NCBI GenBank assembly: GCA_050575255.1 | Contig: JBNZDD010013689.1 | Span: 6,264,162 to 6,328,161 of the forward strand | Length of the DNA stretch: 64,000 nt | Source: Harriotta raleighana | Taxonomy: Eukaryota | Direction: 5' to 3' | Shown: piece by piece, positions 49,631 to 62,072 of the stretch | How the letters are laid out: every line of letters starts with the position of its first letter | Numbering within the stretch: position 1 is the stretch's first letter | Notes under the pieces: model-generated | Database searches by the model: none | What the model was told of the DNA's origin: nothing | Seen by the model: only the letters and a program-made list of their open reading frames with translations | Position numbers and translations under genes: made by a program

Positions 49631-50803
49631 ATGAAGACATGCGATATAGCACTTTTCATGTTATTTGGACATCTCAAAGCTCTTCATAGAATATACTGTA
49701 AAGTGAATTGACTGAATATTTGTAGGCAAAACACGGCAGCCATTTTACACACAGCAGTGTCCCACAAACAGTTGTGAATTGCATGACCAAATTATTATTG
49801 TGCTTTTTTTTGGAGGGATTATTATTAGGTGTGTGGGGTAAGGAAATTTGTCCAAGGTTTTGCTCTGCCGGGAAACACAAACCTGAACTCTAGATCATGT
49901 CTTCCAGCAGCTGCCAGCCAGAGTTTTGCTCACCAACTGTTTGATGGCATCTAGCCTTCAGCATGTGGAAGAATTGCTTAAATTTTAGCGTGTGAAATGC
50001 CAGCCATCTTGATGTTATACAAATGTAATTTTGTTGTTGTTAGAGAATCCCAGACTTACTAACATTAACTGCTTAATCCAGGTCCCGTTGTGAGGGGCTT
50101 TGGCAAGGAGCCACACGTGCCAACCATGATAGCAACTCAGCTTCCATGGTCTCAAGTGACATCTCAGTACAGATTAGAGCACACTACAAATGTATGCCTT
50201 ACAGCTTGTTTGTACATCCATTAACTTACAACTTTTCCAACTGCTGAAGTTGAAAACCTATTGGAAATTGCCAAATATAATATTGATGGGTTTTCCCTGA
50301 ACCTTATGACATTCTGTGATCTCATATAAAGCCCTGATTTGTCCTGCACACTCCTCGTGAGAATGAAATCCAGCCTGTACCTTCCTGATTACACTGCAGG
50401 CCTCGCAATGCATCCATACACATGCCATGACCACCTGAAGAACCACCTTAATAGCCAATGAAAGTAGTGACATGCCTTATTAGGTCACTTCTCACTCGGA
50501 TCACACTTCTTGTGTATATCTACTGCACAAGCACTGGGTCACTGATGGTTTGATACAATCCTATTATCTAGACCTATAAGGGTAGATACCAAGGGAAACA
50601 GTCAAACAAAATAGAAAATTTGTCCATTGATCTATAAGAATCCTGTCATTTTATGTTCCCTCCCACACACCACAGCAGCTCTGAAATACTTACGTTCCAT
50701 TGACCATCCATGCACACACAGAATTTTTTATAAACTTTCTCCCCCCATACATAAGAGCCACAACCCATTAATTAAAGGATAAGAGGCAGCAGCAGGTACA
50801 GAC

Positions 50804-51409
50804 CTTCAGTTGTGGGGGGTTCGGGTGTCTCATAACTCACTGGATCAACCATAAGCAGCTGGTTGCGAAGTCCCTCCTGCATGGTGGGGAGCTGCTGGAA
50901 GGTATCGAGAATGTACACGCTATAGGGCAGGGACCCAATAATTTTCAACTCATCACTGTCAGGATTTTTTGCGCCAACAACAAAAGTGTGAATTCCTGAA
51001 TTTTTTAGCAAATCTGAGGAAGCTCGGATGTCATCTTGAGACTTCCCGCTGATAATTAATATCAGATACTGTGGCACGCCCTCATCCTTCCTGCTTCCAG
51101 CTGTTGAGATGAAGTGGTTTTGGATAACAAAGTCCACGGCTGCCCCAATGTTGAGCCTCAAGCCCCCTACTGGTCTGATTCGCCGAATGGCCCCCTGCAG
51201 GGAATCCTTCCTCAGATGCTCTTTAAGGAGGATCTCGGTTTTCGGCCTGTCACTGAACTGAGCCAGGCCAATTCGGATCTTGTTGGCTTTGATGTCCAGA
51301 TTGTCAATTAGGTACATGATGAAATCACGGATGTGAGCAAAATCTCTAGAATTCACTTTGCTGGATCCGTCAATCAGGAACACTACGTCTTTCCTATCAA
51401 CGTCGGGCT
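50804..51409 (-). CDS. COL6A3: VWA N3 exon (606 nt)
   Basis: Acceptor gttttccag|AGCCC and donor GAAG|gtctgt. The DFAHIRDF motif is N3-like. Confidence 0.9.
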
Positions 51410-51509
51410 CTGGAAAACATTAGGTCAGTATGTTACAAGAGATAATGGAAAAGTTACACAAGAAGAATAGGAGGAATACTATTGAAGTAAAGCTCTAGAA
51501 GCATTGATC

Positions 51510-52510
51510 TGGGTCAGATCAACAAGCTCTCATCCAGGACTTGATGTCTGACAGACATTCTGTCAGGACAGCAGAAGTCCTGAGATTCAAGTGTGGAGGC
51601 AGAGGAATAGAGTTGGCTGTCTTCCGCATACAAGTATAAGTTGAAGAGGAGAGGACCAAGAACAGGGCCCTGTGGAACACTGCATAAAACTGTGCGGGGT
51701 CTATGGAGATAAAGTGGAGACAGTATGAAAGGTAGGATCTGCAACACTCAAGGACTGAATCATGAAGGTTGAGATGGTGGATGAGGATAAAGTGGTCGAT
51801 GGTATCAAAGGCAGCAGAGAGGTCGAGGAGGATGAGGAGGACCCAGAGGAGCCCTGGTCACTCATGGACAGAATGTGTTTTATCACCTTGATGAGGGCAG
51901 TTTCTATGCTTTGGGAGACACGGAAACTTTTTTGGAGGGGTTCATACAGGAAGTGGCGGGAGAAGAAAGAGCATAGCTGGGAAGTAACGATTCTTTTAAG
52001 GAACTTGGGAAAAGAAAGGGAGTTTGGAGATGGGGCAATATTTGAGAACAGGGATGGGTCCAAGGAAGGTCTTTTGAGGAGAGAGGTGATGGCAGTTGTT
52101 TTTAAGTGGATGGGAATGGTGCCAGTGGACAGGATGGAGTTGATGAGGTCTATGAGTAGAGGGGTAAGAAGATGGAGCTGGGAGGTAAAGAGAGAGATAG
52201 GTATGGGGTTGAAGGAGCAAGGGGAGGGTTCCATGCATGTTAAAGTGGTAATGAGAGATGAGGGGGAGATGGGTTCAATGGTAGAGGGTAACGTGCTTAA
52301 AGGCGAGGAATGAACCAGAGAAGTGGAGAGGCCAAATGATGACTTGGAGATGAGCCAAACCACAACCACAGCAGTTAGGTGTGGTGTATGGGGGAACGTA
52401 TCGCTGTGTAGTGTGGTCTCAGTCAGTGGGGAGGTGTTGCCTGGAGTGATCCAGCTTTTTGTGAGGGCCAAGATTTCAAAGTTTCCATCAACAATTAGGT
52501 AATTGAGGGC
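51510..52510 (-). mobile_element. Decayed L2 ORF2 fragment
   Basis: Motifs KRPSLDP, SIETALIKV, VPQGPVLGPLLF and YAEDSQLY. Confidence 0.85.
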
Positions 52511-53238
52511 TTTTTTGGAATGGGAGCAGACATTTTGATACTGTCTCATTGCATAGTTAAGACATCTCAAACTGCCTCACAGGATATACTGTACTGTAAA
52601 GTTTTGTGCTGAATTGACTATGTTACATGTATAAATTCTGGGCGAAACACGGCAGCGCACAGATAATCATGAATTAAGTGATCAAATTATTATTTAATTA
52701 TTCTCCTCGTGTTGAATGAGGATGCACATACTCTCTCCCCCTGGAGTACACACCCTTAACATATCTAAACAGGCAGATGGGACCTTAGCTTAACGTCTCA
52801 TCTGAAACCAGCAATGCAATACACTCCCAGAACTGCAATGGATTGTCAACCTAGACTATGAGTTCAAAGTCCCAATGTGCAGCTTGAACCCACAATCATG
52901 GAATTCAGAGTGGGGAGTGTTACCAACAAAGCCAATCTGATATCTGAAACAGAAAAGTGAGATACAAGGGAGAAGGAAGAGTGTGTAAAATGACGAATGG
53001 ACAACTTGAATCAAAGCTGTTCAGAGAAGAATTGGCAACATAGAAAGAAAGGCTATCATGATTGGTTGTAAGGGGACAGTTCAGAGAATTGTCTATCCCA
53101 GTATTCCACCCAAGTGTTCAGCTACTGAGGCATTGTTACATTATGCTGGCACATTAATATAATGCACCACAGGACTAAGCCTGGTCAATTGGTTCAAACT
53201 CTTCGTAAAACACGCCAGAAAGATTACGTCTTCTTTAC

Positions 53239-53829
53239 CTGTTGTTTGGTGGATTCTGTTTATTTCAGTTGCTTTCATGTTCAATAAAGGCCTCAACAGA
53301 CGTTGCTCAAGTGTTCCAACATCCCGCAGATCATCCACCTTGAAGATGTAATTGGGAGACAGTGAAATCTGTCGTAGCTCCTCATCGTCTGTATCCCTGG
53401 ATCCAATAGTGAAAGGTGCCACACCAGCATTTTTCAGTGCCAGCGCTGCCTGACCAACATCATCGGAAGACTTGCCAGCAGTTATCAGGATCAGAAACTG
53501 TGGCACGTCTTCCTCGATTCTACTGCCGGCAGGCTTGGTAAATAGGTTAGCTCTGACGAAAGCTAGTGCTTTTCCAGTGTTGGCATTTGGTCCTCCTAAA
53601 ACTGCAAGGTTTCTCACTGCACCCAGGACCTCAGCCTTGGTGGAGTGAGTGTTTAAGAGGAAGTTCACCTTGGGATCATTACTGTACTGTACCACTGAGA
53701 TACGCACTTTCTTCAATCCAACATCCAAGCCTTCAACAAGTTTAATAATGAAGCGTTGGACTACAGGGAAAACACGTCTGAATTTGTTTGATCCATCGAT
53801 GAGGAATACAATGTCTCTCTTGATGGTAT
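53239..53829 (-). CDS. COL6A3: VWA N4-like exon E, more diverged (591 nt)
   Basis: Acceptor tctacatccag|ATACC and donor ACAG|gtaaag. Encodes TIKRDIVFLIDGS...GVAPF...ISLSPNYIF. Confidence 0.93.
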
Positions 53830-54607
53830 CTGGATGTAGAAGAGAACCACATGTTTACCATTTCACCAAGAAAAAATAACCCTAACTCCCTCAAAAAAGT
53901 ATTCTATACTATTCAATGAAATGTAGCTTGGTATAGCAATTTGAACATTGGACTGACTTTGTAGGGACCGAAAGGATTTCTGCCCATTGTGGTTATATTA
54001 TTTTTATTCTTCACAAGCTGGAAGAACAACCCTGTTGGGGGGGAGTTAACTGCATTGAAGTGGTTCCCGGTGTGGAGGGCTCCATATCAGTGCTAGTTGT
54101 TATTGTTGTTATTGTAAGGGAGTCTTCTTGGAGCTTAACTGGTTTCAAGGTGACATCTTTGACAATGGAATGTCAGAATTGAGCCCAATCTTTGTGGTGT
54201 TCACATTCATAATATATATTTTTAAAACAACAAAAATCATGAAGTGGGAGATGAATATACAGTATTTCCCACATCAGCTTGTATGTAAAATACTGCTTGA
54301 TAAGTTCACATTATTGTCTTGCATTTTTCTAATGTTAAATCTCAATCAATAAGCTACAGGACTCCACAAGTCTGGTTCCTGGTCTGCAGCACTCCAACTT
54401 GCCTCATTGGCAGGACATAAAGGACACATTAGTCACTGATCCCTAAGGTCAAGGGGTCTCTAAAGGAAAATACAAATGAATCTTCTCTATTTAGGCTTCA
54501 CAAAATTCCTGCATTTTACTCTGAGCAATCCATGTATGAATAGGAACATGAGAAGGGACTCAATGGTAGGATTCTACACAATACTTAACCTTCATCTCAA
54601 TCCTTAC

Positions 54608-55204
54608 CTTCATCTATCTTTCTCCGGATCTCAGTTAGCTGAACTCTAGTCAGTGTTGACAGAGGAGATTGGAGACGTTGCTCAAGAGTTCCGACATTCC
54701 GCAGATCATCCACCCTGAAGATGTAGTCAGGGGACAATGAAATTAGTTGCAGCTCTTCACTGTCCGCGTCCCTGGATCCGATAGCGAAAGGTGCCACACC
54801 AGTCTGTTTCAGTGCTAGTGCTGCCCGCCCAACATCATCAGTGGACTTGCCAGCAGTGAGCAGGATCAGAAACTGGGGCACGCCTTCCTGGATTCTGCTG
54901 CCAGCATTAGTTATGAATACCCTCCTCGTGACATAGCCCAGCGCTGCCCCAGTGTTTGCCTGCCTTCCTCCTTTAATTCTGAGTCTTCTTATTGCATTCA
55001 TCACATCCTGTTTGTTTGAGTGGCTGTTTAACAGGAAATCGGGTCTGGGATCATCACTGTATTGCACTACACTGACTCTCACTTTGTCACTTCCAACATC
55101 AAGTTTGTCGACCACTCTAGAAATGAAGCTCTGGACTGAAGGGAAAGAGGATCTGACTTTGTCTGATCCATCAATCAGGAACACGACATCTCTCTTAGCA
55201 GCAC
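54608..55204 (-). CDS. COL6A3: VWA N4-like repeat exon D (597 nt)
   Basis: Acceptor tgtgttccag|GTGCTGCT and donor GAAG|gtaagg. Open frame. Confidence 0.93.
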
Positions 55205-55756
55205 CTGGAACACAAAGGGAAATGCATTCTTGTTCAGCGGTTATTCTGTCTGAAACACAAGTATCTTGTACAGTATCAAGATTAGATCAATAAGTTGAAG
55301 AAATATTCATATCAAGAAATTTCTGTCATTTTTCAAGAGTCCAAATTTTATAGATTCTTCACACAACAGTAAGTTCACCCCAAAATTGGACAATAGTCTT
55401 GCACTAATCCACCAAACCAAGTAAATGCTGCATGCAGGATTTCTTGATGTCATTCCCTTTCAACCATGGAAACTAAATGAGTGACAGGTAGGGTGATGCC
55501 AACTGGACACAAGGCCGGAAGCTTGCCAAATAGCACTCTCAAAAGATATGCAGTTTTACCTGAAAATTTCCAGCAGGACCTAAATACGCAGTCTAGGGCT
55601 ACATGTGGTACGTGGGCCAGGAGTGACTCACGGGCCTTTCAAGAAGCAAACCTCTCCCCGACTCTGAATATTCACCCGAGTCTAGGCAAGTCCATATTCC
55701 ATCAGTAATGTGTTTTCAGTTTTTTCTTGATTAAATATTTCTTGGCCTGAATATTT

Positions 55757-56082
55757 CTTGGCCTGCTCCATATTCCCCGCCCGAACCACTGTACCATCGG
55801 AGGCCGAGCTTTCAGCCTCTCTGCCCCGATGCTCTGGAATTCCATCCCGCAGTCCCTTCAACTCGCTTCTTCCCTCTCCTCCTTCAAGGCCAGTCTCAAG
55901 ACCTTCCTATTTGACCGTGCCTTCTGCTCCCCATCCTAATTCTCCTGCCTCTCCTATACACCTTGTCCCTATCCCCAACATCCTCCCACAAGTTGCTCGG
56001 GTCCCGACCTAACTGTTCAGAGCCTTGGGATGTCCTCCCAGCATGAAAAGTGCTCTATAAATGTAATTTTGTTGTTGCTGTT
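55757..56082 (+). mobile_element. L2 3' fragment inserted after the exon duplication
   Basis: L2 tail; absent from the paralogous intron at about 57885. Confidence 0.8.
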
Positions 56083-56200
56083 CTTCATTCATCATATAGA
56101 TCTTGTACCCAGGCAGAATTGTCAACTGCTTTGTGCGTTCTCCTAGCATTCAAGGCACTATCTTAAGAGAAATGTTTATTGTAAATTACAGTATATTCTA

Positions 56201-56306
56201 AGAATCGAGTAACCAGTTTTATTTCCGGATATTATGGCCAGGACACCAGAGGAAACTCTGGTGTCCTGGCCATAATATCCAGAAATAAAACTGGTTACTC
56301 GATTCT
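56201..56306. repeat. 51-bp inverted repeat with a 4-nt loop
   Basis: 56201-56251 is the reverse complement of 56256-56306 with one mismatch. Confidence 0.95.
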
Positions 56307-56484
56307 CTTTTCAATAATGCCAAGGAATCTCTACAGCCCATCGGAAAATGCAGATGAGTCTTCAGTATTTAGGCTTCCCAATATTCCTATATTTTACTCT
56401 GAGCAATACATGTAGGAATATGAATATAGGAAGGGACTCAATAATAGGATACAACACAATACTTAACAGAAAGAGCCTCCTTAC

Positions 56485-57081
56485 CTTCATCTATCCTTCT
56501 CCGGATCTCAGTTAGCTGAACTCTAGTCAGTGTTGACAGAGGAGATTGGAGGCGTTGCTCAAGAGTTCCGACATTCCGCAGATCATCCACCCTGAAGATG
56601 TAGTCAGGAGACAATGAAATTAGTTGCAGCTCTTCACTGTCCGCGTCCCTGGATCCGATAGCGAAAGGTGCCACACCAGTCTGTTTCAGTGCTAGTGCTG
56701 CCCGCCCAACATCATCAGTGGACTTGCCAGCAGTGAGCAGGATCAGAAACTGGGGCACGCCTTCCTGGATTCTGCTGCCAGCATTAGTTGTGAACACGCT
56801 CCTCGTGACATAGCCCAGCGCTGCCCCAGTGTTTGCCTGCCTTCCTCCTTTTATTCTGAGTCTTCTTATTGCATCCATCACATCCTGTTTGTTTGAGTGG
56901 CTGTTTAACAGGAAATCGGGTCTGGGATCATCACTGTATTGCACTACACTGACTCTCACTTTGTCACTTCCAACATCAAGTTTGTCGACCACTCTAGAAA
57001 TGAAGCTCTGGACTGAAGGGAAAGAGGATCTGACTTTGTCTGATCCATCAATCAGGAACACGACATCTCTCTTAGCAGCAC
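56485..57081 (-). CDS. COL6A3: VWA N4-like repeat exon C (597 nt)
   Basis: Acceptor tgtgttccag|GTGCTGCT and donor GAAG|gtaagg. Open frame. Confidence 0.93.
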
Positions 57082-57593
57082 CTGGAACACAAAGGGAAAT
57101 GGATTCTTGTTCAGCGGTTATTCTGTCTAAAACACAAGTGCCTTGTACAGTATCAAGATTAGATGAATCAGTTGAAAGTATGTTTACATCAAAATAATTT
57201 CTGTCACTTTTCAATAGTCAGAATTTTATAGATTCTCCAAACAACAGTAAGTTCACCCAAAAATTGGACAATAGTCTGCATTCATCCACCAAACCGACTA
57301 AATACTGCCTGCAAGATTTCTTGCCTTCATTCCCTTTTAACCATGGAAACTAAAACAGTGATATGTAGTATAATGCCAACTGGATACAAGGCTGGAAACA
57401 TGCCAGACAGCACTCTGAAAAGATATGCAGTTTTAGCTGTTAATTTCCAGAATAATCTAAATACATAGTAGAGGGCAACATGTGGCCAGAATGTGGCTGT
57501 GGGCCAGGAGTGACTCACGGGGTTTCAAGAAGCTCACCCATCCCCCACTCTGAATATTCACTCGTGTCTAAACAAATCCGTATTCCATCAGTA

Positions 57594-57850
57594 CAGGTAT
57601 CCCCCAGTTTAAGACGCCTCTATTTACATTGTTTCGATTAAAATAATAAAGTTGTTTAACACCTTTTTAATGATATACAATATTTGGTTTTGTTTTAACA
57701 ACAAAAAACATGTGGCGCATCTGTTTTGCGCAAGCGCAGTACATAGTGTATTTCATGGGACTGCATGGGAAACTACGTTTTGATTTAAGACGTTTCGATT
57801 TACGTAACATTTTCAGGAACGCAACCCTGTCGTAAATCATGGGATATCTG
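57594..57850. mobile_element. Tigger-like MITE (257 bp)
   Basis: Structure TA|caggtatccc...gggatatctg|TA. The empty site is visible in the paralogous intron at about 55705. Confidence 0.88.
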
Positions 57851-58236
57851 TATTGTGTTTTCAGTTTTTTCTTGATTGAATATTTCTTGATTAATTACAT
57901 AGATCTGGTACCTAGGCAGAATTGTCAAATGCTTTGTGCGTCCACTAGCATTCAAGGCATTATGTTAGTGAAATGTTTATTGTAAATTGCAGTATATTCC
58001 AAAAAGCGAGTAACCAATTTAGTTTGGGGGTATTATGGCCAGGACATCAGGGAAAACTCTTTTCAATAATGCCAAGGAATCTCTACAGCCCATCGGAAAA
58101 TGCAAACGAGTCCTCAGTATTTAAGCTTCCCAATATTCCTACATTTTATTCTGAACAGTCCATGTAGGAATAGGGATATAGGAAGAGAATCAATAGTAAG
58201 ATTCCACATAATACTTCACAGAAAGAGCCTCCTTAC

Positions 58237-58833
58237 CTGCAAGTATAGTTCTCCGGATCTCAGTTAGCTGAACTCTAGTCAGTGTTGACAGAGGAGATTG
58301 GAGGCGTTGCTCAAGAGTTCCGACATTCCGCAGATCATCCACCCTGAAGATGTAGTCAGGAGACAATGAAATTAGTTGCAGCTCTTCACTGTCCGCGTCC
58401 CTGGATCCGATAGCGAAAGGTGCCACACCAGTCTGTTTCAGTGCTAGTGCTGCCCGCCCAACATCATCGGTGGACTTGCCAGCAGTGAGCAGGATCAGAA
58501 ACTGGGGCACGCCTTCCTGGATTCTGCTGCCAGCATTAGTTGTGAACACGCTCCTTGTGACATAGCCCAGCGCTGCCCCAGTGTTTGCCTGCCTTCCTCC
58601 TTTAATTCTGAGTCTTCTTATTGCATCCATCACATCCTGTTTGTTTGAGTGGCTGTTTAATAGGAAATCGGGTCTGGGATCATCACTGTACTGCACTACA
58701 CAGACTCTCACTTTGTCACGTCCAATGTCAAGATTGTCGACTACTCTAGAAATGAAGCTCTGGACTGAAGGGAAAGAGGATCTGATTTTCTCTGAGCCAT
58801 CAACTAGGAACACAATATCTCTTTTAGCAGCAC
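58237..58833 (-). CDS. COL6A3: VWA N4-like repeat exon B (597 nt)
   Basis: Acceptor gttttccag|GTGCTGCT and donor GCAG|gtaagg. Open frame, near-identical to exons A, C and D. Confidence 0.93.
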
Positions 58834-59539
58834 CTGGAAAACAAAGGAAAATTAATTTCTGTTAGCATTATCTCTCTGAAACCTATGTGCCTTGAACACT
58901 ATCAAGACAATATTTATTCTAAAATAATGTTTGCCTCAAAGGAATTCCTGTCACTTTTCAAGAGTTAAAAGTATATAGATTCACCAACTCTTCTGATGTT
59001 CAGGCAAAAAGCAGATGGAATGTACGTTGCTCCATGAGATCCAGCATGTTTATTGTAGCAAATCAGAAATAGCAACCTTTATTGAACTTTTTTGTAATCC
59101 CATTATGAAATAGATCTGAAAGCAATAAGCTAAATAGAGCATACTGGTATCAGCAACTCAAAAAGAAAACCAAGTGGAATCTGCTTCAGCCAGTCGCATT
59201 GAAGCAGGGAGGTTTGTCTGATTTCCCTGGCAAAGGCCAGTAACCAAATTTCTTCCTTTTCTTTGCTTTTTCCCGACAAGTCCTCTACTGAATCTCTGTT
59301 CCCTCCCATTGGCGTTCCCATTGAATAGGAAGGGGATAAATTAGCGGCGGTTCTGGAAGTTGTCAATCACCTAGGAGCCGCGAATTGGTCCTCTCCTCAT
59401 CCACTGATACAATTACTGCCCTCCCTACAGCCATTTGTGAATGGTTGGAGTCCGCAGTCAATCACAAGGTGTCTTTTCCCGTCCCTATCCTGGAGCAAAT
59501 CTTGGTTGAATGGAGCAGCTCATGACACAAAGTGTGTAT

Positions 59540-59690
59540 GAAACAAAAACAGTAATCGCTGGGAACACTCAGGGGTTCAGGCATTGACTCACTTTTCCTT
59601 TGCCGTTGATGCTGCTTGACCCGCTAAGTGTTCCCAGTGATTGCTGTTTTTGTTTCAGATTTCCAGTGCCTGCAGTGTTTTGCGTATTTG
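59540..59690. mobile_element. Inverted Penelope-like terminal repeat remnant
   Basis: aaacaaaaacagtaatcgctgggaacactcag pairs with ctaagtgttcccagtgattgctgtttttgttt. Confidence 0.65.
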
Positions 59691-59999
59691 CATGAGTGAG
59701 TATATTTAGCGGTGTTCAATGCAATATTTTGCTCTACTTTACTGGATTTTCATGCAAATTAACAGTGATATTTCAAACACCTAAGCATACAAATGAATTG
59801 GGTAAATGTGTTTCATCTGATTTGTCTGGTGACCAGGGTTAACAGATGTCCAGCTAAACCGGATTACACTGTACAATACATTAGAATATACAGCATAGAA
59901 ACAGGCCATTTGGCCCAACTGATCTCTGCCAGAATTTATGCTCCACATGAGCCTCCTCCTGCCCTTCCTAAACTAAGCCTACAAGCATAATTTTCTAAA

Positions 60000-60155
60000 G
60001 AAAAAACGCAAAGTACTGCAGATGCTGGAAATCTGAAACATAAATAGAAATCCCTAGGAACACTCAGCAGTCAGTCAGTATCTATGGAGAAACGAAAAGT
60101 GAGTGAACGTTTTGGATCCATGACCCTTCGTCAGAACTGACAGAACTCGTCAGAA
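60000..60155 (-). mobile_element. Penelope-like terminal repeat with mutated hammerhead core
   Basis: Reads CTGACGA-A-GGGTC-ATG-GATCC-AAAACGTT; the G of GAAA is lost. Confidence 0.7.
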
Positions 60156-60384
60156 TAGAAGCATAACAATCCATTGCTTTTGCCTTCTGGTACTTGTCTA
60201 GCTTCCCCTTAATTACATTTATGCTATTTGCATCAACAACTCCTTGTGGTAGCAAACAGCTGTTCTAAACTTCAGGATTTGCCAGTCATTGGTAAAAAAA
60301 AGTAATACTGTATGTGTTTTGAAATTTTGCTGGTTTTAGGGAGTTTCTGGCTTTCGGAATGTCATATTATTGACATTCTACTGT

Positions 60385-60815
60385 ACAATAAGCCTTGTAT
60401 TTGATATAGCAATTTGTCAGTTCGTTGAGATGTCTCAAAGCACTTTGCAGAACATTCTGTAAATTGTAGTGACTGTATATCTTCGGGTGAAGCATGACAG
60501 CCAGTAATACACACAGTAATGTTGCACAAAGAGCCATGGAGTGAATGACCATTTTTATTTGGGGGATTGTCGGCCAGGACACTGGGAGAAACTCAGTTCT
60601 TTTCCAAATAGCATCATGGGATCTTAAAAACCCACACAAACAGGCAGATGGGACCTTAATTTAATGTCTCATCTGATGGACGGCACCGCCAACAATACAG
60701 CATATCCCCAGCACTGCCTAGGAATGTCATCTTAGACAATGTGATTCCAAGTCCCAACATGAGGATTGAACCTACAATCTTCTGACTAAGAGGTGAGAAT
60801 GCAACCACTACACCA
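60385..60815 (-). mobile_element. Deu-domain-type SINE
   Basis: tRNA-like head, gatgagacattaaa...ggtcccatctgcctg core and L2-like tail. Similar cores at about 4470, 7560, 20190, 44660 and 52780. Confidence 0.6.
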
Positions 60816-61214
60816 TTACACATGTTAAATGGCATAGTACTACATTTTATAGAAGCTCTGTGAAACGCTTTGAAACGTTTCAATATGATCAGGCACTGTA
60901 CAATATGCACAGATTATTAATGCTGAAACTATTTATGCCGCCATCCTTCTAAAGAGCAGTTTGTAATCTTCAATGTCTGGTTTACTATCAAAATGAAAAG
61001 CCCAGTCTTAACAATGAGATGACTAGGTCAGCTTATGATGTATGACAAGGTCAGCTTCTGAAGCGTGTTCAATGAGTGTAACATGTCAGGGCTGCGCATG
61101 TACAAATTACAACAGGCACAGCATGATATACATTGCAATAATGTGTTACTGATTTTTAAGTTTCTTGATATTTCTAAATTTGATACCTAGTCTCCCCCCA
61201 CATCCAAGCAATGA

Positions 61215-61850
61215 ATCGCTCCGCCTTTCCCCATCTCCGCAACATTGCCTGACTCCGTCACTACCTCACAACCAAAGCCACTGAAACCCTCATCCATGCC
61301 TTCATTACATCCCAGCTCGACTATGCAATGCCCTGCTTATTGGCCTTCCCAATTCCTCCCTCCACAGGCTGTAGATAATCCAGAACTCTGCGGCCCATGT
61401 CTTCTACCGTTCCAAACTCCATGACCTCCCAGCTCACCCATCCTCACCTGGCTCCCCATCACCCAGAGGATCCAATTCAAGATCCTGGTCCTCACATTCA
61501 AAGCACTTCACAATCTCGCCCCACCCTACATCCGTGACCTTCTAACACTTTACCAACCTGCTCGCCCCATCTGCTCAGCAGGTTCTGGCCTACTCCACGT
61601 CCCTGAACCCATCCACCCCACTATTGGTTGCCGAGCCTTTAGCCACTCTGCCCCCAACTTCTGGAACTCCATCATCCAGTTCCTCCGCCTCGGCCCTCCC
61701 TGGCCTCCTTCATGTCCTGCCTCAAAACTCTCCTTTTCGATGGTCCCACTGGCAACTCTTAAACTCCCACTTCCCTCCCACTCCGTCCCCAGCTCGGGTC
61801 TGACACAGTGACTGTCTAGCACCTTGGGATGCCTTCCTGATTTGAATCAA
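61215..61850 (+). mobile_element. L2 3' fragment
   Basis: ETLIHAFITSQLDY and LTWLPITQRIQFKILVL-type remnants. Confidence 0.85.
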
Positions 61851-62072
61851 TCAATCAAAACTACATTTATAAAGCGCCTTTCACATTGGGAGGATGTCCC
61901 AAGGCGCTGAACAGTCAAGTAGTGATCAGAGCAGGAGGGGAGAGGTCGGGGGAAGGAAAGTAGGAAAATTGATTGTATATTTGTGGGCGATTTTTGAAAG
62001 GCACTATACAAGTGTAATTTTGTTTTTTTTGTGGTCTCCATGTAGTTTCTTCAACATAAAGAGCCTCCTTAC

